Shown piece by piece: positions 45,165 through 55,200 of a DNA stretch of 64,000 bases (the stretch's first letter is position 1; every line of letters starts with the position of its first letter). A model generated the notes under the pieces. The model had not been told where the DNA came from. It made no database searches and saw only the letters and a list, made by a program, of their open reading frames with translations. Position numbers and translations under genes: made by a program. Where the stretch lies: the sequence record LC680885.1; one strand, written 5' to 3'.

Positions 45165-48161
45165 TTAGTTTCTTCCATAAATATAAGAGTTTAGGAACCA
45201 AGCATTTCCTTTTTGACCTGGTTTAACACGAGCTCGTATAGCTACTGAAGCTATAGATTGTTGTGGTATTCCTAAATCAACAATAATCTCTTTAAATTTA
45301 GTTTTAGTAACACTAGTAGAAGTGTCTTTAGGTATTGATACAGTTTTATCAAAAATTACACCATTCTGTTCGTTAAAAGAGTCTACTTTAATATCTATAC
45401 CACATTGTGGAGTAGCATACCATATACCAATGTGTAACCATCTAGTTTCATGTTGACCGTATAATGTCATAGCACGTCTAAAGTAGCTACCTGTAGTCTT
45501 ATCACTAAACATAAATGCATTACCGACATTTTTAAATCTAGGAGTACCATTAGACATTAAATCTTGCACACCAGGTTCTGAACGTACATAAGCTGTAGTG
45601 AATCGTGGCATACCATTGTATACTAAATAACCACCATCAGGGCGTTTGATAGTGATACCGCCTTTAACTTCTCCCATAGCGTCTAACATAGTTTGAACAA
45701 CTATATTTTTAGACATTAAATTAGTAATAGCAGCTTCTTTAATAGTAGCTCTACCATTAGAAATTATTACATCACCATCATTAATATCAACCATCTTAGA
45801 TTTTAATTTAATACTATTAGGATCAATATCAAAAGAAGACAATTTATCATTAGAAGAAGATGACATAGTAATACCATCAGCTAATAAAGATAATGCAGAA
45901 CCCATTTTTTCTATTTTAGTTTTATCAGCATTGTAAGTTTCTTTAGTAACACTTAAAGCGATATTATTTTCTGTTTGACTAATTCTACTTTCCATATTAG
46001 TAATTCTAGCATTACTATCTTTAATAGATGGTTGCCAAGCAGTAGATTTATTACCTTCTTCAACTTTTAATCCTTCAATATCAACAGACATTGGGAAAGT
46101 TCCATTTTTATTAATAATCATATTAATTAATGTGTCAACTGTAAATGAATCATTAGGAATAAATACTACTTCTATTAATGTTAAAGCAGAAGTATCATCA
46201 AACGTAATATTACGTGAATCTTGACCTTTAGCAACACCATTAACAAAAGTATTAGTTATAGTTGAATTAGGTATACTAATATCAACATTAGTTAATGTAC
46301 CAGTTTTCTTTTCTAAGTTAAAGCTTAATATGTGTTCACGTCTATTTCTAACTTTATCTAATTTAAATTTAATACCTTGACCGTTAGCAGTTAAAGCTGC
46401 ATTAAGTTCTCCGTATTCTAAATAATTAGTTTTAGTTAAAGTTACAGAACCAATTGGTGTAATATTAGCAATGCTAATTAAGTTCATACCGCCAACTGTA
46501 ATTTTACCGGCTTCTGTAACAGCATAACCATTAGAAATACTGTCAATAGCTTTTTGAATAGCATCTTTAATATTCGATTGAGCTTCATTATATCTCAAGT
46601 AGTTAGTATTAAATTGAGCTATTTCTTCTTGAGTAGCTACACCGTCACTAATAGTATTAGTGATATCTTGTATTAGTATATTATATTTCTCATTAAATAA
46701 ATCATATTTATTTTTTAAATCTGTTTTTACTGAATTAGCCATCATTTTATTAGGATAAAGTGTATTAAAGATTTTATCTATTTCAGCTTTATCTTTATCA
46801 ATAACATTTTTCTGTTTATCAATAGCAATTCTTTCAGCATTAGATATAATACCATCTTTGAAAGCTTCAGTAACTGTATCACCTAAACCTACAGCATTCT
46901 TTTCGATATTAGTTATTTTACCATTAATGGTTTTATTATAGTTTTCTAACATATTATCATAATCTTCAGGTGCAGATGTCCAGTCAGAAGACACACTACC
47001 TCGTTCAACTTTAACTCTAGCAATATCAAATGTACCACTTAATCCATTAAGATCAGTGTCTACTCCAAGAAGTAATTTAGTATTATTTCTTCCAGTTAGT
47101 GTTTGTTTATATACGAATGAATATCTATGCCATTCTTCATCAATATCTAAATACTTTTCAGCGATTGGTGTAGAATAATTACCAGAAGGATCAATGAAGT
47201 AACAATAATCAAGTCTATTAAATGTATCTGATCTAAAATCAAATGAAATAGTATAAGTCTCATTGTATTCTAGTTTAAAACCATTATAACTTTGAGCACC
47301 TACTTGACCTTCAATACCTTCAGTATTAATTGTAAAATAACTTTTACCGTCACTATCTTGTCCAAAAGTTAAAGCATTTGGGTTTGATGAATTTAAAGCA
47401 TCCGGTTTTAACAACCAATTACCTGAAACAGCTAAAGAATTTTCTAATAAGTTTTTACCACCAATAACAATACCGTCAATTTCAGATTTAGAAACTGTTT
47501 GTTCTATTAAGTCTGCAAATTGAGATATCTGACTTTCAAATTCAGTTACTTTATTATTAACCGTATCTATATCAGCTCTAGTAACTGTATCTTGTAGAAC
47601 TCTAGCTGTTTGTTCTCTAAATGATTCTAATTTAGTAATACTATCATTAATTTCATTAAGAGTATAATCAGTAGCTATACTCTTAATGGACTCTGCAGTT
47701 TGTTCTACTTTAGTACTTAAATATTGTATAGATGATTCATATTTATTAACTTTAGACATTGCTATTGATAGGGACTCTTCATTAGATGAAACTCTTCCAT
47801 TTAAAGAATCTAGATTACCTTTAATATCAGAATCCCATCCACCTTCAGCAACGCTATCAATATAGTCAATACTTAGTTTTTGGTATTTTCTTAATTCAGT
47901 TTTTAATGTATCAAGTGTAACATAGTTAGATAAATCTAAATCAATATCGTGACTACCATCTAAATTTCTTAATTTTTCTATTAAATTATCATTTTCTTTA
48001 TCTAAAGAATCAATACTTGTATTTAAGACATTAATTCTATTTTTATTATCTTCTGACAGATTTTTAATGCTATCTTGTTCTTGTAATAAAGAATTGAATT
48101 TCGATTTAATAGAATTTATTTCTTCATTTATTTGAAGAAGATTTTTTTCTTTATCTTCCAT
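45165..48161 (-). CDS. Tail fibre / minor tail protein with coiled coils and two carbohydrate-binding-like modules
   Basis: GGKNLLENS...KVERG..SDWTSAPED and GGMNLI...KVEEGNKSTAWQPSIKD modules typical of Firmicutes phage host-specificity proteins; AACA-N6-TA at 48200-11. Confidence 0.75.
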   Translation of the reverse strand: MEDKEKNLLQINEEINSIKSKFNSLLQEQDSIKNLSEDNKNRINVLNTSIDSLDKENDNLIEKLRNLDGSHDIDLDLSNYVTLDTLKTELRKYQKLSIDYIDSVAEGGWDSDIKGNLDSLNGRVSSNEESLSIAMSKVNKYESSIQYLSTKVEQTAESIKSIATDYTLNEINDSITKLESFREQTARVLQDTVTRADIDTVNNKVTEFESQISQFADLIEQTVSKSEIDGIVIGGKNLLENSLAVSGNWLLKPDALNSSNPNALTFGQDSDGKSYFTINTEGIEGQVGAQSYNGFKLEYNETYTISFDFRSDTFNRLDYCYFIDPSGNYSTPIAEKYLDIDEEWHRYSFVYKQTLTGRNNTKLLLGVDTDLNGLSGTFDIARVKVERGSVSSDWTSAPEDYDNMLENYNKTINGKITNIEKNAVGLGDTVTEAFKDGIISNAERIAIDKQKNVIDKDKAEIDKIFNTLYPNKMMANSVKTDLKNKYDLFNEKYNILIQDITNTISDGVATQEEIAQFNTNYLRYNEAQSNIKDAIQKAIDSISNGYAVTEAGKITVGGMNLISIANITPIGSVTLTKTNYLEYGELNAALTANGQGIKFKLDKVRNRREHILSFNLEKKTGTLTNVDISIPNSTITNTFVNGVAKGQDSRNITFDDTSALTLIEVVFIPNDSFTVDTLINMIINKNGTFPMSVDIEGLKVEEGNKSTAWQPSIKDSNARITNMESRISQTENNIALSVTKETYNADKTKIEKMGSALSLLADGITMSSSSNDKLSSFDIDPNSIKLKSKMVDINDGDVIISNGRATIKEAAITNLMSKNIVVQTMLDAMGEVKGGITIKRPDGGYLVYNGMPRFTTAYVRSEPGVQDLMSNGTPRFKNVGNAFMFSDKTTGSYFRRAMTLYGQHETRWLHIGIWYATPQCGIDIKVDSFNEQNGVIFDKTVSIPKDTSTSVTKTKFKEIIVDLGIPQQSIASVAIRARVKPGQKGNAWFLNSYIYGRN

Positions 48162-48223
48162 TATTAAATTTCACCAAACTTTCATTTTTATTTAAATAAT
48201 AAGTTGATGTTTTATGATTTTAA

Positions 48224-48730
48224 TTAAACGAATAATGAAAGATTGATTGCATTTGTATAAGGATCTGATAATTTATATACATAAATATTAGTAATCATTA
48301 AATCTTTCATTTCAATTTCATTATTTTTCATCAATTCATCTAACTCTGTATCTTCTTTAATAGAATCAAAAATAGCTGGGCCGATATACTTTAATACTTC
48401 TTTGTCTAATTTGTCAGCTACATCTTCTTCATATTCTCTTAAGTAAGCTTCATACTCATCATTATTTCCCTGAAAACTTTGTTTATTTTTAGCATGCAAA
48501 TCTTCATCATCTAATTTAATAACAAATGTTGGTTTTTTAACATCAATATGTTTTTCTGCCGCTTCAGATCTAAATTTAAAGTTTTCAGATTTATTAATAG
48601 TATCACGAATAATATCAACTGTATTCTCTAAATCGATATAGTTCATAATGTTATTTCTAATTCTCATTATTAACTGCAAATCTCTAATATCTTTTTCTTC
48701 ATTAACTAATACATCTTTATTATTTCTCAT
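48224..48730 (-). CDS. Hypothetical protein
   Basis: ORF coupled to rusA. Confidence 0.7.
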   Translation of the reverse strand: MRNNKDVLVNEEKDIRDLQLIMRIRNNIMNYIDLENTVDIIRDTINKSENFKFRSEAAEKHIDVKKPTFVIKLDDEDLHAKNKQSFQGNNDEYEAYLREYEEDVADKLDKEVLKYIGPAIFDSIKEDTELDELMKNNEIEMKDLMITNIYVYKLSDPYTNAINLSLFV

Positions 48731-48732
48731 TT

Positions 48733-49359
48733 TTATTTATTCTCCATTCTTTTCTCTTTTATTTTTTCTATTAATGTTTTATACTTGTCTAATAATACTT
48801 TATCCATTCTACCTTTAGATTCTTCTAGATCATCTTTTACATATTTAATATGTATGAATGTTTTATCTTTAAAATCACTAGAATACTTCTTAAGAGAAGT
48901 TACTTTAAATATCTGAGCATCATCTTTCCAAAACATTTCATTCATAACATCAAATGTAGTTTTTTGGAAATTATCAACATCAGGAGTATTTGTTCTCTTA
49001 ATTAAACCTAAAAGTTTAAATAATATAAGTTTTATTGAATCAGTATTATTACAAGGATTTCTTTCTGTAATTAATTCAAATTCAATAGGTTTTTCAAAAT
49101 TATTTTTAATGATATCTTTTATAAAATCTTCTTTTAATTCTTCTTTCATTCTTTTCTTTAGTTCTTTTTTATATGTGTGTAAAGGATCATAAGTTCTCAT
49201 TCCGCTTTTTCTATGTCTAAGATATTGATAAACTTCATGATCATCTATAGAAATAATAATTTCATTATCATTTACACTTTTATATTCAATATTACAATTT
49301 TTAACTTCTTCAATTTTATCTAATATCTTTTTAGGTACTTCTTTTTTCTTTTTAGGCAT
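48733..49359 (-). CDS. rusA: RusA-family Holliday junction resolvase
   Basis: TPDVDNFQKTTFDVMNEMFWKDDAQI matches the RusA PD.DN..K...D.......DD.QI signature. Confidence 0.8.
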   Translation of the reverse strand: MPKKKKEVPKKILDKIEEVKNCNIEYKSVNDNEIIISIDDHEVYQYLRHRKSGMRTYDPLHTYKKELKKRMKEELKEDFIKDIIKNNFEKPIEFELITERNPCNNTDSIKLILFKLLGLIKRTNTPDVDNFQKTTFDVMNEMFWKDDAQIFKVTSLKKYSSDFKDKTFIHIKYVKDDLEESKGRMDKVLLDKYKTLIEKIKEKRMENK

Positions 49360-49437
49360 TTTTCATTCAATTCCTTTAGCAAAGTGTATATTTATAATAA
49401 TAACGTTATATGTATATTAAAATTTTTTATAAAATAA

Positions 49438-49469
49438 ACGGTAACATTCAATTTAATGAATGTTACCGT
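49438..49469 (-). terminator. Stem-loop terminator after holin
   Basis: ACGGTAACATTCA / TGAATGTTACCGT. Confidence 0.75.
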
Positions 49470-49477
49470 AAAATATA

Positions 49478-50017
49478 TTAATTTGATTGATCTCCAGCAG
49501 ATCCTCCACCTAAGATTTCAGGATTGTAATTAGCATCAGCTCTAACATCTGATTCTATTAATTCTTCATCATCTTCAGTAGAAACTTGTTGTTCTAAACC
49601 TTCACTCTCAGGGATTTCTGGATCCTTTGACAAGTTTGTAGTTTCTTGGTTGCTCTCTTGCTCCAAAAAAGGTTTCACTGGAGGAAGAACCGTACCGTCA
49701 TAGTCCATTGCTTGAAGAGATTTTTCATTATTTGTAGTAGGTCTACTTTTAGCTAAGTTACGTTCAGAGTCAGCTATTCCTTCAGTAGTACTATCTACAA
49801 AACGACCAACTAAACTAGATATAACCCCTGCTAAAACTTGAACAATACTTAAAACATTAGTTTCAGTGTCACCAGAAACTTCTCCGCCAAAAGCACGAAT
49901 TAAGAAAATAACTACGTTGACTAATTGAACTAATAGGGCTGCTGTCCATGCTTTATTTTTAAATCTAACTAATACGTTAATCTGTTTATCTTTACCAATT
50001 TTTAAATTTTTTCCCAA
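49478..50017 (-). CDS. Holin, phi LC3/phi11 type, with extended acidic C-terminal tail
   Basis: INVLVRFKNKAW...VDSTTEGIADS resembles the staphylococcal phi11 holin (INWKLRFKNKA...TDPTSKGVSDS); 2 TM. Confidence 0.8.
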   Translation of the reverse strand: MGKNLKIGKDKQINVLVRFKNKAWTAALLVQLVNVVIFLIRAFGGEVSGDTETNVLSIVQVLAGVISSLVGRFVDSTTEGIADSERNLAKSRPTTNNEKSLQAMDYDGTVLPPVKPFLEQESNQETTNLSKDPEIPESEGLEQQVSTEDDEELIESDVRADANYNPEILGGGSAGDQSN

Positions 50018-50056
50018 TTTAATATTTCTCCTTTTTATTAAAATAAATATTTAAAA

Positions 50057-50614
50057 CTATCCTCCAAATATTCTTCTAAGTATATCTAAGATTACTGAAG
50101 GAGCTAATATCAAAGACACTATATTGACAAATAAATTTCTTTTAAAAGTTTTATTTTCTTTTTCATCATTAGAACCGTCTTCAATCTTCTTAAACTCAAT
50201 TTCAAAGTCTTCTATATTAAGTTTACTATCTAAACCCAATCTTAAATCTTGTATATCACTAGTTATTTTTCTTTCAACTTGTTCAACATTTTGATTTAAT
50301 TCTTGTTTAACAGATTGTATTTGTGATTCTAATTCATAATGTCTTCTTTTTCTTTCTTCTTCTTCAATTTTTCTATTTTCTCTATCTTCTTTCATTTCTT
50401 TTCTAATTTCTTCAGTATTTTTACCCATGCTTTCAAGTAATACTTCTACACGTACTAAAGTGTTACTTGTTTTTTGACTCTCGGATTTAACTTCATCTAT
50501 TTTCTTATCAAACTTCTCTTCAATTTCTTCTTTAAGTGAATTATTTGACTTTAGTAATTCTAATTCAGTTATAGATTTACTATTTTCATACAATCTTCTT
50601 TTATCTTCTTCCAT
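50057..50614 (-). CDS. Coiled-coil protein with C-terminal TM (DUF2951/XhlA-like)
   Basis: Architecture and LRRIFGG end resemble the pre-holin gene of staphylococcal siphoviruses. Confidence 0.6.
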   Translation of the reverse strand: MEEDKRRLYENSKSITELELLKSNNSLKEEIEEKFDKKIDEVKSESQKTSNTLVRVEVLLESMGKNTEEIRKEMKEDRENRKIEEEERKRRHYELESQIQSVKQELNQNVEQVERKITSDIQDLRLGLDSKLNIEDFEIEFKKIEDGSNDEKENKTFKRNLFVNIVSLILAPSVILDILRRIFGG

Positions 50615-51095
50615 TTATAATAGATTCCATTCTCATTTCAAGAATTGTAAATACTGCAAAGAAGAGATTTAGGAAAGAGATGATGATTTTTAATATTATA
50701 GTAGATTGCATACCAGCACTATCTAAAGATAGAATAGCGTATATTAAAAATAGAGCGAAGTTAATAAATGCACCTATAGTCATTAAAGGTTTTGTCATGA
50801 AATTATCCAAGAATAGGGAAGCGGCTAAAGCCAATCCTCCAATAATTAAAAATACTCCATATGTTTTTAAATCCATAAAATGAGAAATAGCCACATAAAT
50901 ATCTGATGTTCTATAAGCTTCTCTTGTTCTAAAAACAAATTGAAAACCATAAATTAAAGAATAAACAGCTAAGAAAATAGGAGTTATATAATATTTAAAT
51001 TGCTTAAGAAAATAATATAATTTGATGACTAAACTATTTGCTTCTTCAACACTTAGATTATCTTCTCTATCATTATTTTTATTATCGTCCGTCAT
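50601..51095 (-). CDS. Membrane protein (4 TM) in lysis-like cassette
   Basis: Four hydrophobic segments; AACA-AAGGTT-TA at 51139-50. Confidence 0.7.
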   Translation of the reverse strand: MTDDNKNNDREDNLSVEEANSLVIKLYYFLKQFKYYITPIFLAVYSLIYGFQFVFRTREAYRTSDIYVAISHFMDLKTYGVFLIIGGLALAASLFLDNFMTKPLMTIGAFINFALFLIYAILSLDSAGMQSTIILKIIISFLNLFFAVFTILEMRMESIINGRR

Positions 51096-51195
51096 AGTTA
51101 TTTTTCACATCCTATTCTTTTATTATAAATCTTTATTATAAACCTTTGTTCCTTTAATAGTCTTGATGAGTCCTATAAATTTTCGAGCAAAATAA

Positions 51196-51229
51196 AGTCC
51201 CTAACACTCAAATAAGAATGTTAGGGACT
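51196..51229. terminator. Stem-loop
   Basis: AGTCCCTAACA / TGTTAGGGACT. Confidence 0.65.
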
Positions 51230-51323
51230 GTTTGAAGACTTTGCCAAAATTAAAAGAAAAAAGAATAAAGATAGACAAGAACAAAGAAATTGTATGAAAG
51301 ATATTTATGTAAATAACTTTCAT
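51201..51323 (-). CDS. Candidate leaderless 40-aa hydrophobic peptide (MKVIYINIFHTISLFLSIFILFSFNFGKVFKQSLTFLFEC)
   Basis: The ATG falls exactly on the predicted +1 of AACA-TATTTA-TA (51334-51323). Confidence 0.35.
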   Translation of the reverse strand: MKVIYINIFHTISLFLSIFILFSFNFGKVFKQSLTFLFEC

Positions 51324-51368
51324 ATAAATATGTTCTATTTTTCTTTATTCAATTGATGCTGATAAGAA

Positions 51369-51785
51369 TTACTGGTTAGGTAAAGATCCACCTTGAGCTG
51401 TTGAAGGGTTTTCAGGATCTTCTTCTTGAGGATCTACTTCTGTAGCTCGACCAACGCCTTGAACTTCAGAATCTTCAACTGAATCTTCAACCATATGTTC
51501 TTCATCAATAGGATCGATTTCTTCAACTAATTCTTCACTACTATTGTGGGTTCCGCTTGTATACCATGTTTGAGATCCTCTAAAATCATTAGCTGGATCA
51601 TATGATGGATCCGTCACCCAATCACCATTATTAGAATTTTCTTCATTGAAAGCAATTTCATTTAAAATTTCTTCAACTAATGCTTTTAACCCATTGCCTT
51701 CAGAAACTTCTTCTAATTCCAATACTCCTTTAGCAACTAAGGTTGCATGAAAAGTTACAATAAAAGATTTTTTACTAAATTCCAT
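51369..51785 (-). CDS. CD1375/XkdX-like small tail-associated protein with acidic extension
   Basis: FHATLVAKGVLELEEVSE..LKALVEEIL; GGAGG RBS. Confidence 0.55.
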   Translation of the reverse strand: MEFSKKSFIVTFHATLVAKGVLELEEVSEGNGLKALVEEILNEIAFNEENSNNGDWVTDPSYDPANDFRGSQTWYTSGTHNSSEELVEEIDPIDEEHMVEDSVEDSEVQGVGRATEVDPQEEDPENPSTAQGGSLPNQ

Positions 51786-51800
51786 AATATAAAATTCCTC

Positions 51801-52169
51801 CTATTTTCTATTAGCCATTAAAGCAGCTAATCTCTCTTGAAGCTCACGAATTTCTTTTTCTTCAGGAGTTTCTTCTGGTTCTTCTTTCTTATTAAAAGTT
51901 TCACCTGGTTTTTCAGCTAATCTAGGAGTAGCATTTTCATATTCTATTTTTAATTTTTCCATCTGTTCACGAATATTATGGTCTACAATAAATATTACAG
52001 ATTCTTTAGTTGAATCATTCATATTTCCTATAGAATAACCATAGAAATATCCTTCTTCATCTATATCTTGCATATTTATGATTAGCCAGAATCGACCATC
52101 AATTCTTTTTCCTCTTTCATCATACATATTTTTATGTGTTTCTACAAATGCCAATAAGAAAACCTCCAC
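51801..52169 (-). CDS. Hypothetical protein downstream of large tail gene
   Basis: ORF, GTG start; position typical of tail-fibre chaperones. Confidence 0.65.
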   Translation of the reverse strand: MEVFLLAFVETHKNMYDERGKRIDGRFWLIINMQDIDEEGYFYGYSIGNMNDSTKESVIFIVDHNIREQMEKLKIEYENATPRLAEKPGETFNKKEEPEETPEEKEIRELQERLAALMANRK

Positions 52170-52215
52170 TATATTATTTTAATTTATAAATAATAGTTTA
52201 AAATAATATAGTTAG

Positions 52216-55200
52216 TTATCTCACATCACTTTCAAAATTACTTAATGACATACGCACTATAGATATTTGACCTAATTGTGCACTTCCTGTAGAACCTGTT
52301 ATAGAAAGCTGTATCAGTAAATATTTATTAAAATTATCAGGAACTCCTAAATCTATAGTTGCTATTCTTGTTGAAGTATCAACTTTAGAACTTCCTGTTA
52401 CCCCTATTTCTTTATGCATTTTTATATCACTATTTGTTTTCCAACCCATACCATCACTAAATGTAATATAAAGATTATTGCCTTCAGTTACTGTTGCCCT
52501 GTAAACAAATTTTAGATATCTTCTATTATGATGATAACTAAATACATTTAGTGTCGCTTTGTCTTTACCTGATGATTCATCTAATTGTGCATTATCGTAA
52601 CCATATTTATAAATATCTCTATAAATATTATATGTTCCAGCTCTAGTATCGTCTAATACTATAGGTCTAAAGTTTTTTTCATTGGTAGCATGAGCAGATC
52701 CACTAACCCAGTTCCAAGTTCTAACTCCAGGCATAGTAGGCATAAAGTTAGTTTCAGATAAGAACATACCTTCAACCATTTGGTCAACACCGTTTTTTCT
52801 TATATTTAATCCAGTTGAATTTATTTCCACAAAATTATCAGTATCTAGAGCACTTTTTGATATTCTCAATACATCATTTGTAAATGAAAGATTGCCTTTA
52901 TTATTATATATTTTAACTTTATCCGTATTTAGATCTATACTACTAGATATCATTTTAATTGATTCCGAGTTCATAGTTATCTTACTTGATAAAGAACTAG
53001 TGCTATATTTATCTAATGCCGAAGGTGTCCATGGTTTTAATTGATTACCTTTTTCTAATTTTGGAAGAGCGTAATAAAATACAGTTCCATCATTATAAGC
53101 ATCAGTTTTATCATAGTTGTTATAACGTAATAGAAATCTTAGATAATTGGTTCTTCCATTACTAGAGTTTCTAGGTATTTTAGCTGTAAAACTATATCTA
53201 ACCCATTTATCAAATATAAATTCACTAGCAGGTATCTCAACTACACCAAATTTAGGATTGGTAGTTTGTTGTATATTCTCATAAGTTGCCACCTCAAAAT
53301 ATATCTTATAAGTAAGGAATTTTCTAGCTGTTGCAGGAATGTATATATAAACAGAGCCTGTTACTTCATCTCCAATACTAAATTGACCTTCTTGACCTAC
53401 AGGTAAATAGCTTGACATTACTGCAGGCCATGTTGTTCCAAAGTTATTATGTTTATATTTGAAGACATCTTTTACTTTATTAATATCAAAACTAGTATCG
53501 TCATTAGAATCTTTCGACTCAATTACAGTTATATTTTCAAAAGAGGCAGTTATATCAGCATTATCTGTAGTTCCTGCTTTTGCAGCATAAAATAACAACT
53601 GATTAATTTTATCCTCATTAGGAGTAGTAATTTCTATTACGTTTCTTTTAGTTGTGCTAACAGGATAATCTATTCTATTAACTGAACTAATTTCAGGTAA
53701 TGTATCCAAATCAGTTGAATACCCTGAACCTTTATAAGGATATCTATATGGGTACAATGAAATTAAACCTTCACTATTTTTCCCAGATTGTATATTATAA
53801 TCAAATGCTACTTTATATTTAGTATTCTTTTTTAGATATCCATTTAATGGAAGAGTCATTCTTTTATAAGTTCCTCTGGATACATTGTTTACACGATAAA
53901 CTGAACCTAAAGCTAGATTGTTATCGGTATTAAAAGTCATATCATCTTCAGAAGCTATTGAAAATCTAGGATTTTTAGGATAATTTCCTTCATCCAGTCT
54001 TATATTTTTAAAGTAAAACTTACCATCTGAATATGGTGAAACGGAGGCTATTATTAATCTTAATTGAGTCATTCCGCTTAAATCTGAGCTAGTTAGATTG
54101 AACGTAGTTTGGAAAGTACTCCAATCATCATTGATATCATTTTCAGCAGATATTGTATAACTTAAAGGATTGATTGAACTTGATGATTTGTTCACACGTA
54201 AACTTACAGTAATAGACCCTTTAGTAGTTTCTAAAGATTTTCTAACATCAAAACTAAAAGTATAAGTACCTGGCTTAATTTTAGATAATTTTAAACTTCC
54301 ATCTGCATCTTTATAATCAATATTAGATGTTTGCCATTGTTTCCATCCTTCATTAGAATTTGAAATTATAGAAAGATAATCTCTATAATTTGTAGTTGTA
54401 TCTGTTGGATTTGATTCAGTTGATCCACTAAATGTGTATGTCCAGTAAGGTGAGTCAATCTTATCCGCAAAGTTTAAATTGTTTGATGTATCATCATCAT
54501 TAGTTTTCCAACCTTCCCATCCATTTCTAAGATCAGAGTTAATAAGTGCGTTATCTGCATTAAGATAATTATTTATTTTATTAACAGATAACTCAATAGA
54601 ATCTGCCTTTTGATCTATTTTAGAAGAAACAGTCGATATTGAAGTCTCAATATCTTCGGGAGCTGGTGTCCAATCAGTAGATTTATTACCTTTTTCAAGT
54701 TTAATCCATTCTATAGTTGATAGATAATTTCCATCTTTAGGCATATCGTATATTGTTAATAACTTACTTAAATTTCTTGAAGATTGTTTGGCAACCCCAG
54801 TACCTATCCATAAACCCTTTTTAGAATCATATGTTAAATTACATAAGTTTGTATAACCGTCATCAATATAAGCACTGAAATAGTGGTCTTTATTATTTGT
54901 ATTACCTTTTATTGTAACTGTATAAGTCTCATCCACTATCCAATCTAATGACAAATTATATGGTTTCCCATATAATGTATGATTTACATATTTATTATTT
55001 TTACTATCTAAAACTAAATTTCTTCCACCAATTCGAATATCATTAATTTGAGAGTTTACATCTTCGGGAGCTGGAGACCAGTCAGTTGCTTTATTACCCT
55101 TTTCAATTTTAATATTTTCAATAGAGAATTTATCTCCATTGTTATTGTTATAAGCATATATAGCCCATCTAGTGTTAGTTCCAGAAGTCTTAGTTATTTT

